Assembly (NCBI GenBank): GCA_039770155.1
Contig: JBDMZA010000668.1
Span: forward strand, 1 to 58,047
From: Clostridiales bacterium
GTDB lineage: Bacteria > Bacillota > Clostridia > Acetivibrionales > JBDMZA01
Direction of reading: 5' to 3'
Length of the DNA: 58,047 bases
Position 1 is the first letter of the stretch, and each line of letters begins with the position of its first letter. Made by a program: the position numbers and the translations under genes. Positions 36,107 through 45,189 of the stretch are shown here, piece by piece. Below the pieces are notes generated by a model, which had not been told where the DNA came from, searched no databases, and saw only the letters and a list, made by a program, of their open reading frames with translations.

Positions 36107-36379
36107 AATATCAGATTCTATCGCATATTTTATATAGAGGATTTTAATGTATTTAAATTTTTCTTCACATATAGATTTTTTATTTTTTTCTCTTTTATTT
36201 TTTAATTCATTGTATTTTTCACTAATCAAAATCTTAAATAATTCAAATTCTTCATCATCTATTATATGAAGTTCAATATTTTTAGCTAAAACCGAACAAT
36301 CTATTTCGGTCCCATTGTCATATACTATCTTTTTAATATTTTTTTCGCTTCCATTGAATTTAATCATTTTTCTCTCCAA
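36104..36379 (-). CDS. Hypothetical protein
   Basis: The last ORF of the primase cassette. Confidence 0.45.
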   Translation of the reverse strand: MERKMIKFNGSEKNIKKIVYDNGTEIDCSVLAKNIELHIIDDEEFELFKILISEKYNELKNKREKNKKSICEEKFKYIKILYIKYAIESDI

Positions 36380-36398
36380 TCTAACACAATATATTGCT

Positions 36399-36740
36399 TT
36401 ACACTACCTTAAAAAAAATTATAATATGTTTTAACACATCTATAAATTGTGTATTACAAAATTCACAAAACTCATAATTTTCTATTTCTTTAATTGATTC
36501 ATAACAGTCATCTCCAAAGCTATTACAATCAGTGCAATAAATTTTGTATGTTTTCTTTAATATGTGTTGCTTTTCTAATAAAAACATTATCTTAAGTACA
36601 GTTGATTTACTTAAACAAAACTTCTCTTCCAAGAGATCAGTATATAAATATTGCCCAACCTTCATAGTTTTTATGTATGATTTAATTTTAACCAATATAT
36701 TTTGATCTATTTTTTTGTTATTATTATTTGTATCGTCCAT
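36399..36740 (-). CDS. Winged-helix plus Zn-ribbon small protein
   Basis: It has an HTH-like segment FCLSKSTVLKIMFLLEKQHILKK and the Cys pairs CTDC...CEFC. Confidence 0.45.
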   Translation of the reverse strand: MDDTNNNNKKIDQNILVKIKSYIKTMKVGQYLYTDLLEEKFCLSKSTVLKIMFLLEKQHILKKTYKIYCTDCNSFGDDCYESIKEIENYEFCEFCNTQFIDVLKHIIIFFKVV

Positions 36741-37752
36741 TTATAATATTCCTTTCTATCCAATTTAAACTAACCTTAAAGGCTTTTTTATTCTTTACAT
36801 AATACTCATTTATATCTTTATACCCATTTTTGATAGATAGGTTGAAGGCTTTTAATCCCAGCCCTTTCAACTCATCAATAATTTTCTTTGCTGCTGCTTT
36901 CCCATATTTATCTGCATCTAAGGATACAAAAAATATAGTATTTTCAAGATTTGTTATGTTTTCTTTAACTGAATCTATAAAACGATTCTTCATTGAAATA
37001 CTATTCAAGGCAATTGCTTTATATCCTTCATTTTCAAACGATAAAGCATCGAAAACACCCTCAGTTAGAAATAAACATTCATGTGGTTCTTTTAGATAAT
37101 CAATATTAAATATAGTTAGTTTTAAATTTTTTAGATTTAATATTTTTTTGTTTTTAATTGATTTTTTATCATTTCTTCTGAGAATCAAATTTACAACTTC
37201 ACCAGATTCCCAAACTGGAATAATATACTCATAAGCATATATATTATAAAGGTTTGGTAACAGCTCTTTAGGCAATATTTTTTCAGGATTTCTTACTAAG
37301 AATTTATACTTTCTAAAAAGCCCTATATTAGTTATCCCTCTACTATAAAAATATAAATATTCTCTCTTCTTTGCTTTTTTAAATTCTTGTGATATAATTT
37401 TAGTTAAGTTTATAATTGTGCTTGGATTTTTTTTGTTATTTAAATCAATCCTTTTCTTCTTCAAACCTCTGTAATTGCGTACAGAGGTTTGATTATTTAA
37501 TATTTCCATTCCTTTTCTAATGATTTCAGGGAAATCTTTTTTTGTATCTAAATTTTCTAAAAATCCAATTACACTTATAGAATCGCCCTCAATACCACAG
37601 TGACAGCAACATAAGCCATTTTTTACACTCAAATCAAAGTTTGGTGTTTTGTGCCTGCCTGGTATACATTGCCAATTGTGGACCCCTGGTTTAGCTCCAT
37701 AATATACAAGGATCCTTGATAAATTGTTTTTTATTATTTCTTTATTATCCAA
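36724..37752 (-). CDS. DnaG-type DNA primase (CHC2 zinc finger plus Toprim)
   Basis: The zinc finger reads CIPGRHKTPNFDLS...CCCHCGIEGDSISV. The Toprim residues are LTEGVFDALS and VSLDADKYG. Confidence 0.75.
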   Translation of the reverse strand: MDNKEIIKNNLSRILVYYGAKPGVHNWQCIPGRHKTPNFDLSVKNGLCCCHCGIEGDSISVIGFLENLDTKKDFPEIIRKGMEILNNQTSVRNYRGLKKKRIDLNNKKNPSTIINLTKIISQEFKKAKKREYLYFYSRGITNIGLFRKYKFLVRNPEKILPKELLPNLYNIYAYEYIIPVWESGEVVNLILRRNDKKSIKNKKILNLKNLKLTIFNIDYLKEPHECLFLTEGVFDALSFENEGYKAIALNSISMKNRFIDSVKENITNLENTIFFVSLDADKYGKAAAKKIIDELKGLGLKAFNLSIKNGYKDINEYYVKNKKAFKVSLNWIERNIINGRYK

Positions 37753-38026
37753 TAGTTTCCCCTTCTTCCAATAATTTTTTCAAATTTTTAGTTTTCAAAT
37801 ATACAGTTTTTTCTGTGTTCCTTAATAAAAAAATGATAACAATCGCTTGATTATCATTTAATTTTACAACTTCTTTTGGCCTTCCTCCGTGTCCCTGACT
37901 TGATGGAACTTGCTTTAACTCAAAATCACCAAATTCCTTCAATACATATTTATATTTACATGCTAGCTTAACTATAGAAGCATGGTTGATATTAGTTTCT
38001 TTTGCAATATCTACAGAAGATATCAT
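37745..38026 (-). CDS. Rha-family phage regulatory protein (N-terminal domain only)
   Basis: The sequence ISSVDIAKETNINHASIVKLACKY...GRPKEVVKLNDNQAIVIIFLL resembles the Rha pattern. Confidence 0.45.
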   Translation of the reverse strand: MISSVDIAKETNINHASIVKLACKYKYVLKEFGDFELKQVPSSQGHGGRPKEVVKLNDNQAIVIIFLLRNTEKTVYLKTKNLKKLLEEGETIG

Positions 38027-38063
38027 ATTGTCACCTCTTTTTTTTAGTTTTCACACATAAGTT

Positions 38064-38092
38064 ATTTTACTATGTTTTCGAACTTATGTCAA
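38064..38092 (-). promoter_or_regulatory. Sigma-70-type promoter (TTGACA-17 nt-TAAAAT) bracketed by a 9-bp inverted repeat (ACATAAGTT / AACTTATGT)
   Basis: The minus strand reads TTGACAtaagttcgaaaacatagTAAAAT. The inverted-repeat arms are at 38055-38063 and 38081-38089. Confidence 0.65.
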
Positions 38093-38104
38093 CAAACGAT
38101 AATA

Positions 38105-39247
38105 TCATAAACTTTTTTTAATTTCCATCAAGGCTTTTGCTGCTGTTTCTCCAGCTTTACCCCTCAAATGGCTTGGGAAAATATCTTCCATAAACGCTTT
38201 TTCTTCATCCTTCATTCCATCAACTAAGGCCTTCTCTATCAATTGATTTAAATGTGGCATATCCTTCGCATGATAGCCTATTTTTTTTTGATATATCATA
38301 TATTCAAGATTTTCTGTATCTTTCCTGAAATGGCTGATAACATCCTTTGCACATAACCAGTCAGGGAAAATTACAGGTTTGCCTAACGCCCACGCCTCGT
38401 ATAGCGTACTTCCAGCGTCGGCAATAACTACATCAGCGTCGACAAGCTCCTTTAGTGTAGGCACTTGCTTTACATTATTATTCATCTTCGAAGTCGGGTG
38501 TAAACATAGCTTTACATCATAAATAGATGAATCGATTTGGTTTATTAGCTCCAAACACTGCGGATAACTAGACCTTCCACGATTTTTATTGTTATAGCCA
38601 TGAGTCGGACACCATACAATGTATTTTTTATTCCTCTCAGTTCTTTTGTATAGACCATCAAAAAGTGGATCTAATTTTGTGTATCCAACTTGAAATATTT
38701 CTCCTTTGTAACCGGTCTTTCTCATTCTTTTTTCCCATGTCGGCCCTGGACAAAAAGCATATTTGAAATCTTTTATCTTGTCCCCTGTCCAATAGTTTTT
38801 ATCAGCAATCCCGTGCGAAATAAAAACGTCATACGGGCCAACAGGGCATTTTGCCTGTTGATTAATCCTCAAGCTCGAAAAAAAGCGACAATTTACTCCT
38901 TTCCCGTCCGGTCCTGGTACCGGACGGTTAATAAAACCAGATTTTTTTTGTGATAAATGTTTTAAGATAGGTTTTCCTAAAGCTTCAATTGCGTATAAAT
39001 ACGCAGCTCCCGCGTGCTGAGAAACAATATCATAGCATAGATTAAAATCTCTACCTTTTTTCAATTTATGTTTTTCTATGTAATATTGATTATTTAATTT
39101 TCCAACTCTCAGGCTACTGCAACTCCTAATTAATTTATGGGTATAATCGCAAGCCCCTACATTTACACGTACCTCTTCATAGGGTATAAATGTATGTTCG
39201 CCTATTTCTATGATAAAGTGGTCCTTATTCATTACTGTAACAAGCAT
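38105..39247 (-). CDS. Putative TagF/TarL-like CDP-alditol phosphotransferase
   Basis: The sequences YIVWCPTHGY and VVIADAGSTLYEAWALGKPVIF resemble the TagF-family WAPTxR and ITDYSS...P.I motifs. CDP-ribitol genes are adjacent. The call is tentative. Confidence 0.4.
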   Translation of the reverse strand: MLVTVMNKDHFIIEIGEHTFIPYEEVRVNVGACDYTHKLIRSCSSLRVGKLNNQYYIEKHKLKKGRDFNLCYDIVSQHAGAAYLYAIEALGKPILKHLSQKKSGFINRPVPGPDGKGVNCRFFSSLRINQQAKCPVGPYDVFISHGIADKNYWTGDKIKDFKYAFCPGPTWEKRMRKTGYKGEIFQVGYTKLDPLFDGLYKRTERNKKYIVWCPTHGYNNKNRGRSSYPQCLELINQIDSSIYDVKLCLHPTSKMNNNVKQVPTLKELVDADVVIADAGSTLYEAWALGKPVIFPDWLCAKDVISHFRKDTENLEYMIYQKKIGYHAKDMPHLNQLIEKALVDGMKDEEKAFMEDIFPSHLRGKAGETAAKALMEIKKSL

Positions 39248-39707
39248 TATTCTGTTCCTTTCTGTATTTTCCTAAATTTGTTTTTGCTTCCCAAGGATTA
39301 AATGAATACCATTTATCCCTATTGTTCACGCTAGAAATAAACTCAGTTAAAGAAAACATAATAAATTCTGTCAGGATAAAATCTGGAGTATTGCAAGAAT
39401 TTTCAATCGAATAGCTGTTAATAAGTTGTTCTAGCTCTTTTTTAAATCCGTCAAAATCAACCTTATCAAAAGTAAACTTATCATTTTCATCTTTATGTAT
39501 TTCTTTTTCTTGATCTTGAGTTTCAGTTTCTTCTTTTTCTAAAGCCAAATAATCAATAATAAAGCAGATTGCTTCTAATAAAGTTATTGTTTCCTTTAGC
39601 AGTTGATCTTCTGTTTTTTCTAGTTTTCCACTAAATTTTAGGGTACCTATTCTTTTATATATGCTACCTCTATACAACTTAAATGTTTCTCTTGTAGATA
39701 TATCCAT
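39225..39707 (-). CDS. Hypothetical acidic protein within the glycan operon
   Basis: An ORF overlapping its neighbour with no motif. Confidence 0.45.
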   Translation of the reverse strand: MDISTRETFKLYRGSIYKRIGTLKFSGKLEKTEDQLLKETITLLEAICFIIDYLALEKEETETQDQEKEIHKDENDKFTFDKVDFDGFKKELEQLINSYSIENSCNTPDFILTEFIMFSLTEFISSVNNRDKWYSFNPWEAKTNLGKYRKEQNNACYSNE

Positions 39708-39740
39708 AATTACCTCCTAATATAATTTTTTTTAACCTCA

Positions 39741-40169
39741 TTATAAATCTTTTTCAACCATTTCAATTAAGCTAATACAAACATTATTTATAAAAGCATC
39801 TAAATCAATAAAATCATCTTTCCAACTGTCAGAATTAGCAATATCAAATCTACTAACAAAACTAAATTTACTTCTTTTTGAATCATTAACTGATATATTA
39901 TTTTCAAATTCAGTTTGTGATAAATTCAAATTTTTAAAATCTTCAATTTGCATTAATAAGCTATATATATATTTATTTATAATTTTTGGTTCTAGTTCAA
40001 TAGAAATAGAATAAAATTCATTAAAATTTTCAGCATTTCCCCTAAATAATTCAACAACTTTTGAAATTATTTTTTCTGCATTTCGTGGGTGTCTGTTTGG
40101 TGCTTGGCTGTACAACTGCCCAGCAATACAGTATATTAAGTTACATTCTGAAATTATTGCAGTTTTCAT
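39741..40169 (-). CDS. Hypothetical protein within the glycan operon
   Basis: An ORF with no motif. Confidence 0.45.
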   Translation of the reverse strand: MKTAIISECNLIYCIAGQLYSQAPNRHPRNAEKIISKVVELFRGNAENFNEFYSISIELEPKIINKYIYSLLMQIEDFKNLNLSQTEFENNISVNDSKRSKFSFVSRFDIANSDSWKDDFIDLDAFINNVCISLIEMVEKDL

Positions 40170-40175
40170 ATTTTT

Positions 40176-40847
40176 TTACCTCCTAATATAAATTATCTGA
40201 TTATCCAAAAAACTACCCTCATCTTTTATTATTTTATCCATAATAAATTTTGCTATTTCTGAAGGTTTTAACATCTTTTCAAAATTATCATCTGGAGCTA
40301 TTGCCCTTCTTAAATCACTGTCAAAGGCCCCAGGACATAAGCAATATACTTTTATCCCATACTCTTTTAATTCCTGTGCCATGCTAAGACTTAAGTTTAT
40401 TACAGCTGCTTTTGTAGCTGCATAAATAGACCTCCCAGGCCTAGCAGACATACCTGCTGTACTTGCAATATTTATTATTTTCCCAGGTATTTTATTTTTT
40501 ATGCACAACTGTGTATAAAGTTGTGAGCAATTTAAAACACCTAAAACATTTGTTTCAAATTGTGAGCTGAAATGATCTTGCTTAAATTCTAATATATTTC
40601 CAGGGATACAAACACCAGCATTATTGATTATTGCAGATGGAAATAATACATGTTCAGTTTCATTCAAATTTGAAAAGAACTCAGTTAAAGAAAAACAATC
40701 TGAAACATCAAGATCGTTCCATTTCGAAATTCCATAGTAAAAATAATTTTCTTTACATGCCGCTCTTGCTATTTCTAGCCCTAACCCTCGGTTAGAACCT
40801 GTGATAATCACTGACTTTCTAGCAGCTAATTCATCATTATTATTCAT
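40176..40847 (-). CDS. Short-chain dehydrogenase/reductase (candidate ribulose-5-phosphate reductase, Bcs1 C-domain-like)
   Basis: It has TGSNRGLG (TGxxxGxG), NNAG and YAATKAA (YxxxK). It is adjacent to an IspD/TarI-like gene. Confidence 0.75.
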   Translation of the reverse strand: MNNNDELAARKSVIITGSNRGLGLEIARAACKENYFYYGISKWNDLDVSDCFSLTEFFSNLNETEHVLFPSAIINNAGVCIPGNILEFKQDHFSSQFETNVLGVLNCSQLYTQLCIKNKIPGKIINIASTAGMSARPGRSIYAATKAAVINLSLSMAQELKEYGIKVYCLCPGAFDSDLRRAIAPDDNFEKMLKPSEIAKFIMDKIIKDEGSFLDNQIIYIRR

Positions 40848-41547
40848 TCTTCCCTCCATACTTATAACCATAAATAGCTTCAGCGATTTTTATATCTAGA
40901 GGAGTAGTTATTTTTATATTTTCTTCTATTCCTTCAATAGACTTAATTCCATTCCCTAAAACACGATTTACTAAATCACAATCATCAGTGCAGTCTTCTA
41001 GCTTTAAACTAGTAGCAGTTTCAATTTTTGTATAAGCTTCTTTCAATAACTTAGTTTTAAATTTTTGTGGCATCTGAACTTCCCCAATATCTTTTCTGCT
41101 ATATGTCATCCCATATTTTTTGTTTATCAATGTTGCCTTCATTTTTGAAACTGGGGTAATAATATCATTATCATTTTCTAAGACCTGGTACACTAATTCT
41201 TTAGTAACAAAAGGTCTTACAGCTTCAGAAATTAAAACATAATCTGTTTCAACTTCTTTAAGTGCATTTTTAACCGATTCTTGCCTTGATGCTCCATTTT
41301 CAACAAAAATAATTAGATGTGGATCATATTTTTTTGTTAAATATCCATATGATTCAAGATAACCAGTTATTTTTTCTCTATCTGCTGTTGGAATTATTAT
41401 ATTGCGAATTTCTTTTATTTCAAACAAAACATCTAGACCATAGAGAAATAAAGGCTTTCCCCCTAAATATACGAATTGTTTAGGATAACCTAATTTCGCT
41501 CTTTTTCCTATACCTCCCATTAAGTAAATACAATCAATCATTTTCAT
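40840..41547 (-). CDS. IspD/TarI-family cytidylyltransferase (candidate ribitol-5-phosphate cytidylyltransferase)
   Basis: The sequence is LMGGIGKRAKLGYPKQFVYLGGKPLFLY (the A-G-G-G-x-R ... PKQ motif). Confidence 0.7.
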   Translation of the reverse strand: MKMIDCIYLMGGIGKRAKLGYPKQFVYLGGKPLFLYGLDVLFEIKEIRNIIIPTADREKITGYLESYGYLTKKYDPHLIIFVENGASRQESVKNALKEVETDYVLISEAVRPFVTKELVYQVLENDNDIITPVSKMKATLINKKYGMTYSRKDIGEVQMPQKFKTKLLKEAYTKIETATSLKLEDCTDDCDLVNRVLGNGIKSIEGIEENIKITTPLDIKIAEAIYGYKYGGKNE

Positions 41548-42982
41548 TTTCTTCCACCTCATCTATTTTTTCTAAATTTTCATCTGTAAAAATACCTGTT
41601 GACTCATCATAACTTGACTTCATTGGACTATAAATATTTTTTTCAAATTCTTCATTTTCAATTATTTTTGCATTCTTCTCAAGTTCACTTTTAAAAGCTG
41701 CTGTAATATCTCTTATGTTATGCATAAATAAATATTCTTGTAGATTAAAAAGAAATACTTCAAGTAATCTTTTTTCAGGTTTAAATATTTTTATTTTTTC
41801 TATTGCTTCTTTAATTTCAATAAGATCTTTTACTTGATAACAGCTAGGAGCATATTGATGGAATATATTTCCAAATAATAAAGTTTGTTTGCCTCTCAAT
41901 ATTGCTTCCCATCCGGCAGAGCCAGTGACGTTAGCGACACATAAGCAGTTATCAATCATTTTATAATTATCTGTTTTTTGAGAAATTAAATTAACGTATT
42001 TTAAGTTATATATTCTTTTGTAGAAAGCTAAGCTCCTATTTTTGCTCATTCGAGGGTGTTCTTTTACATATATAGTAATTCCTATACGAGCTAATAACTC
42101 TATCATTAGAAGTTGATCGTTGAAAACCCCACCTAAAGGGCATGTTGTGGCTTCAAACTGGAAATGTAAAGGGACATAGATGTATTCTTTTTCTAACTGA
42201 GGTTTTACACAATGATTCTTATACCACAACAATATCCCTTTATGCCTAGCCAGCAATGTTTTTTGTGTTCTTCTTTTCTTTGCCGGAACAACAACAGGTA
42301 TTTTTGCAGGTCTTTTTTTATTCCAATGATTGTCAATTAGTTCCTTTAATTGTGGAATCAATTTTGGACCTTGTTGTAACTCTCCATTTAAATAATCGAT
42401 AAATTTTACATTATTGGCTATTACCTTTTTATTGAAATCTGGGAAAGGATTTTCAATTGTCCGAGACAAATATGCCATTCCTGGATGGAAAGGGCCAAAC
42501 AACCATATAGGTATATTTAAAACTCTACATAAGCCATATATAACCATGTCGTAACCTTCATGAGGAGGCGCACACCTGTAAAATACGTTAATATTGTGGG
42601 CTTTAATTACGTGCATCCAGTATCTTAGGTTATTCATGTAGTAGTTTTTTCGAGTATCATAATTTACCTTAACCGGAGGTATTCTTTCAACCATTTTTAG
42701 TGTTGTGGATTCATATGGTAACATTTTTTCTACTATAGACCCATCTAATGGCTGAACCTTTTGCCAGTCCATTTTAGGGAAATACCTCCCTCTTTTTAAG
42801 CTTCTATGGGAATAACAAAATACATTTTTCCCTATTGTATAACCTTTTGGGCATTGTGAAGGAGAAACTTTTTTTGTTGTAATAAAAATATATTTATCCG
42901 CTTTGATTGTCTTCATCATTTGAACTGCTGTCCCAACATTAACCAAGGCCAAAATGTTTAGTTCTTTTTTAGCTTTATCCAT
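41534..42982 (-). CDS. Putative capsule-polysaccharide-type transferase (Capsule_synth/KpsS-like, tentative)
   Basis: This 482-aa ORF carries PLHFQFEATT... and VANVTGSAGWEAILRGKQTLLFG, which resemble capsule biosynthesis transferases. The comparison is from memory only. Confidence 0.35.
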   Translation of the reverse strand: MDKAKKELNILALVNVGTAVQMMKTIKADKYIFITTKKVSPSQCPKGYTIGKNVFCYSHRSLKRGRYFPKMDWQKVQPLDGSIVEKMLPYESTTLKMVERIPPVKVNYDTRKNYYMNNLRYWMHVIKAHNINVFYRCAPPHEGYDMVIYGLCRVLNIPIWLFGPFHPGMAYLSRTIENPFPDFNKKVIANNVKFIDYLNGELQQGPKLIPQLKELIDNHWNKKRPAKIPVVVPAKKRRTQKTLLARHKGILLWYKNHCVKPQLEKEYIYVPLHFQFEATTCPLGGVFNDQLLMIELLARIGITIYVKEHPRMSKNRSLAFYKRIYNLKYVNLISQKTDNYKMIDNCLCVANVTGSAGWEAILRGKQTLLFGNIFHQYAPSCYQVKDLIEIKEAIEKIKIFKPEKRLLEVFLFNLQEYLFMHNIRDITAAFKSELEKNAKIIENEEFEKNIYSPMKSSYDESTGIFTDENLEKIDEVEENEND

Positions 42983-43535
42983 GTGTTATATCTCCTTTTT
43001 CCCCATTACTAGATTTATCCCACTTTTGATCACATTCATATTTATTAATATTGAAATATAATGAATTATAATAGTTTCCATCCCAGTATTTACGACCAGG
43101 AAGAGTCACTTTAGTTGCATTATACATCCCACAAATTCTATCCCAAAATTTTATATAATTTTCGTTTAAGGTATAACATTCTCCGTAAATATTTGTTAAA
43201 TTTAATTGGTTGAATCCAGCATCTAAAAGTAACTCAATTGAATTCGTCCCTTTTCCTTTTCCTCTTTGATTAGGTGCGATAATTATAGATATTTCGCCTA
43301 ATCTATTTTCCCATTCAATATTTACAAGCCCCACCATTCCAAAAAAGTCTATTCCAGAAGGCCCTCTAACTGCCCAAAATCTACAATTAGAATTTCTATT
43401 ACAAATTTTGTTCTCATAAAATTCTTTTTGCATTTCTTCAGTTAAAAAAAATGGAGTTCTGAGTGATTCAATATTGTTATTTCTCCATATCCTCACTTTT
43501 TCTACATCTCTTAAAGTTAAGCAGTCTAATTTCAT
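42975..43535 (-). CDS. GNAT-family N-acetyltransferase (PseH-like by context)
   Basis: It has a PseH-like N-terminus LRDVEKVRIWRNN... and an acetyl-CoA motif QRGKGKG. Confidence 0.6.
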   Translation of the reverse strand: MKLDCLTLRDVEKVRIWRNNNIESLRTPFFLTEEMQKEFYENKICNRNSNCRFWAVRGPSGIDFFGMVGLVNIEWENRLGEISIIIAPNQRGKGKGTNSIELLLDAGFNQLNLTNIYGECYTLNENYIKFWDRICGMYNATKVTLPGRKYWDGNYYNSLYFNINKYECDQKWDKSSNGEKGDITHG

Positions 43536-43543
43536 ATCACTCT

Positions 43544-44272
43544 TTATCCTTTCATTTTCATTAGATTTATGATGTCACTAATCTTTTCAAAGTCTTCTTT
43601 TGTATCAATACTAAGTTTTGTTTTTATATCAGACCAAAATAAATTGGTGTCATTACAACTTTGGTTTAGTATATTATATTTATCCTTATTATTTCTGATG
43701 TACAAAGTCACATGTTCCTTTTCTGCCCCAGTTAAACTATCTATATTAAGATACATTTCCTCTAATATTTTTGTCTTAAAGACTTCAACATCAAGCCCAG
43801 AAGGCATAAAATTATTGTGTCTATTCCACGAATAATCATATTCATTGACGCAATGATCGTAAATAATAGAATCGATTATATGAGGGAAAAACGCTAATAA
43901 CGGGCAATCAGATGTGATACGAACAATATTATCTATCCTGTTGTTTTTTGATATTTCCTTGTAACATTTGTAATACCTCGATAGAACATCGTTTTCTGGC
44001 ACATCATAAACAAGAATATCATCTTTTGCAAAATATTCAGATTCTTTGTGAATGTCGATTAAGGGTTTATCCTGCTCAGTTAAAGGAACAATTATTTTTG
44101 TCAGCGGGATGTAATGGCTGTTTTTTGCCGCTTCTAAAACGTAAGCCAATACAGGCATTCCAGCTATTTTTTTCAAAACTTTACCTGGTAACCGAGTACT
44201 CCCCATCCTAGCCTGGACTATGCATAAAACATTAATAAATCCATCTGTTTTTTTATGTTTTCTCATTTTCAT
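43544..44272 (-). CDS. CTP_transf_3 / SpsF-type cytidylyltransferase (candidate CMP-nonulosonate synthetase, PseF-like)
   Basis: The sequence is CIVQARMGSTRLPGKVLKKIAGMPVL. Confidence 0.65.
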   Translation of the reverse strand: MKMRKHKKTDGFINVLCIVQARMGSTRLPGKVLKKIAGMPVLAYVLEAAKNSHYIPLTKIIVPLTEQDKPLIDIHKESEYFAKDDILVYDVPENDVLSRYYKCYKEISKNNRIDNIVRITSDCPLLAFFPHIIDSIIYDHCVNEYDYSWNRHNNFMPSGLDVEVFKTKILEEMYLNIDSLTGAEKEHVTLYIRNNKDKYNILNQSCNDTNLFWSDIKTKLSIDTKEDFEKISDIINLMKMKG

Positions 44273-44553
44273 TCACTTCTTTCATAAATATTTTTATAAA
44301 ATCTTTTTCCTAATACATCAAATCCTTTTGAATATGCATATAATTCATATTCAGAGTATTCAAATCTTAACCCTTTACAATACAACATAAATCTTTTAGT
44401 ATAATATTTTTTATCAGTATTAAAAACATAATAAGGCTTTAGTAGTTTCCCATTACTGTTTTTTATCATCAAATATTTCCCATATATTTTAATTTGATAT
44501 ATTCTTTCTCTTTTGATTACTACATCTAAAAAATCTAATTTATTTTGATTCAT
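44269..44553 (-). CDS. Hypothetical basic Tyr-rich protein within the glycan operon
   Basis: An ORF with overlapping stop/start on both sides. Confidence 0.45.
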   Translation of the reverse strand: MNQNKLDFLDVVIKRERIYQIKIYGKYLMIKNSNGKLLKPYYVFNTDKKYYTKRFMLYCKGLRFEYSEYELYAYSKGFDVLGKRFYKNIYERSE

Positions 44554-44562
44554 GATATCCCT

Positions 44563-45189
44563 TTACAGTATTTCTTTTAACTGAGCTGGTGTTCTTGCAA
44601 AATTACCAGAATCCAGACCAGTTGAATTCTCTAACTTATAATGCCATTCAATTTTTTCAGGTTTATATTTACGATATAAATCAAAGTTTGATGTATGGTC
44701 AGAGATATAACGTAATTGATTTTTATTAAAGTTTTTTTCATAATCACCTAATTTTGCTGGATATTTTGATATGCAACAAAACAGCTTTGTATCATAGTAA
44801 TAATGTAATCCTGTCGTATAACTAGCATATACAGTTATTCCACGAGGGATAAGGTCTATTAATGGGTAATATTTCTTATTATTCGCAATTTTAACAAAAG
44901 GAAGATCCGCTTTAAACCCTAATAAAAAATTTAGTGAATCCTCATCAAAAACACTAGCTGTTGTTTTATATCCTTTTGTTTCTGCATATCTCATTGCAAA
45001 TACAAAAACATTTTGGTTGAGCGGAATATTTTCCCCAGCCTTTTCAAATAGTTGCCATTTTATTATTATTTTATATTTTCCGGAATCAATCGCTTTTAAC
45101 TGGGCAATCATTTCTCTAACAATGTCTTTATCGTTCTTGCAAGTATTTCCACTCCCAAAATCTAAAATAATTTCATTTTCTATTTGCAT
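44563..45189 (-). CDS. NeuB/PseI-family nonulosonate synthase TIM-barrel domain, lacking the C-terminal SAF domain
   Basis: It aligns by eye along the barrel of remembered C. jejuni PseI (MQI..., KWQLF vs KIQT, FVKIAN vs YKIAS, ISDHTS vs LSDHS, IEWHY vs IEKHF). It ends at 208 aa. Confidence 0.5.
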   Translation of the reverse strand: MQIENEIILDFGSGNTCKNDKDIVREMIAQLKAIDSGKYKIIIKWQLFEKAGENIPLNQNVFVFAMRYAETKGYKTTASVFDEDSLNFLLGFKADLPFVKIANNKKYYPLIDLIPRGITVYASYTTGLHYYYDTKLFCCISKYPAKLGDYEKNFNKNQLRYISDHTSNFDLYRKYKPEKIEWHYKLENSTGLDSGNFARTPAQLKEIL

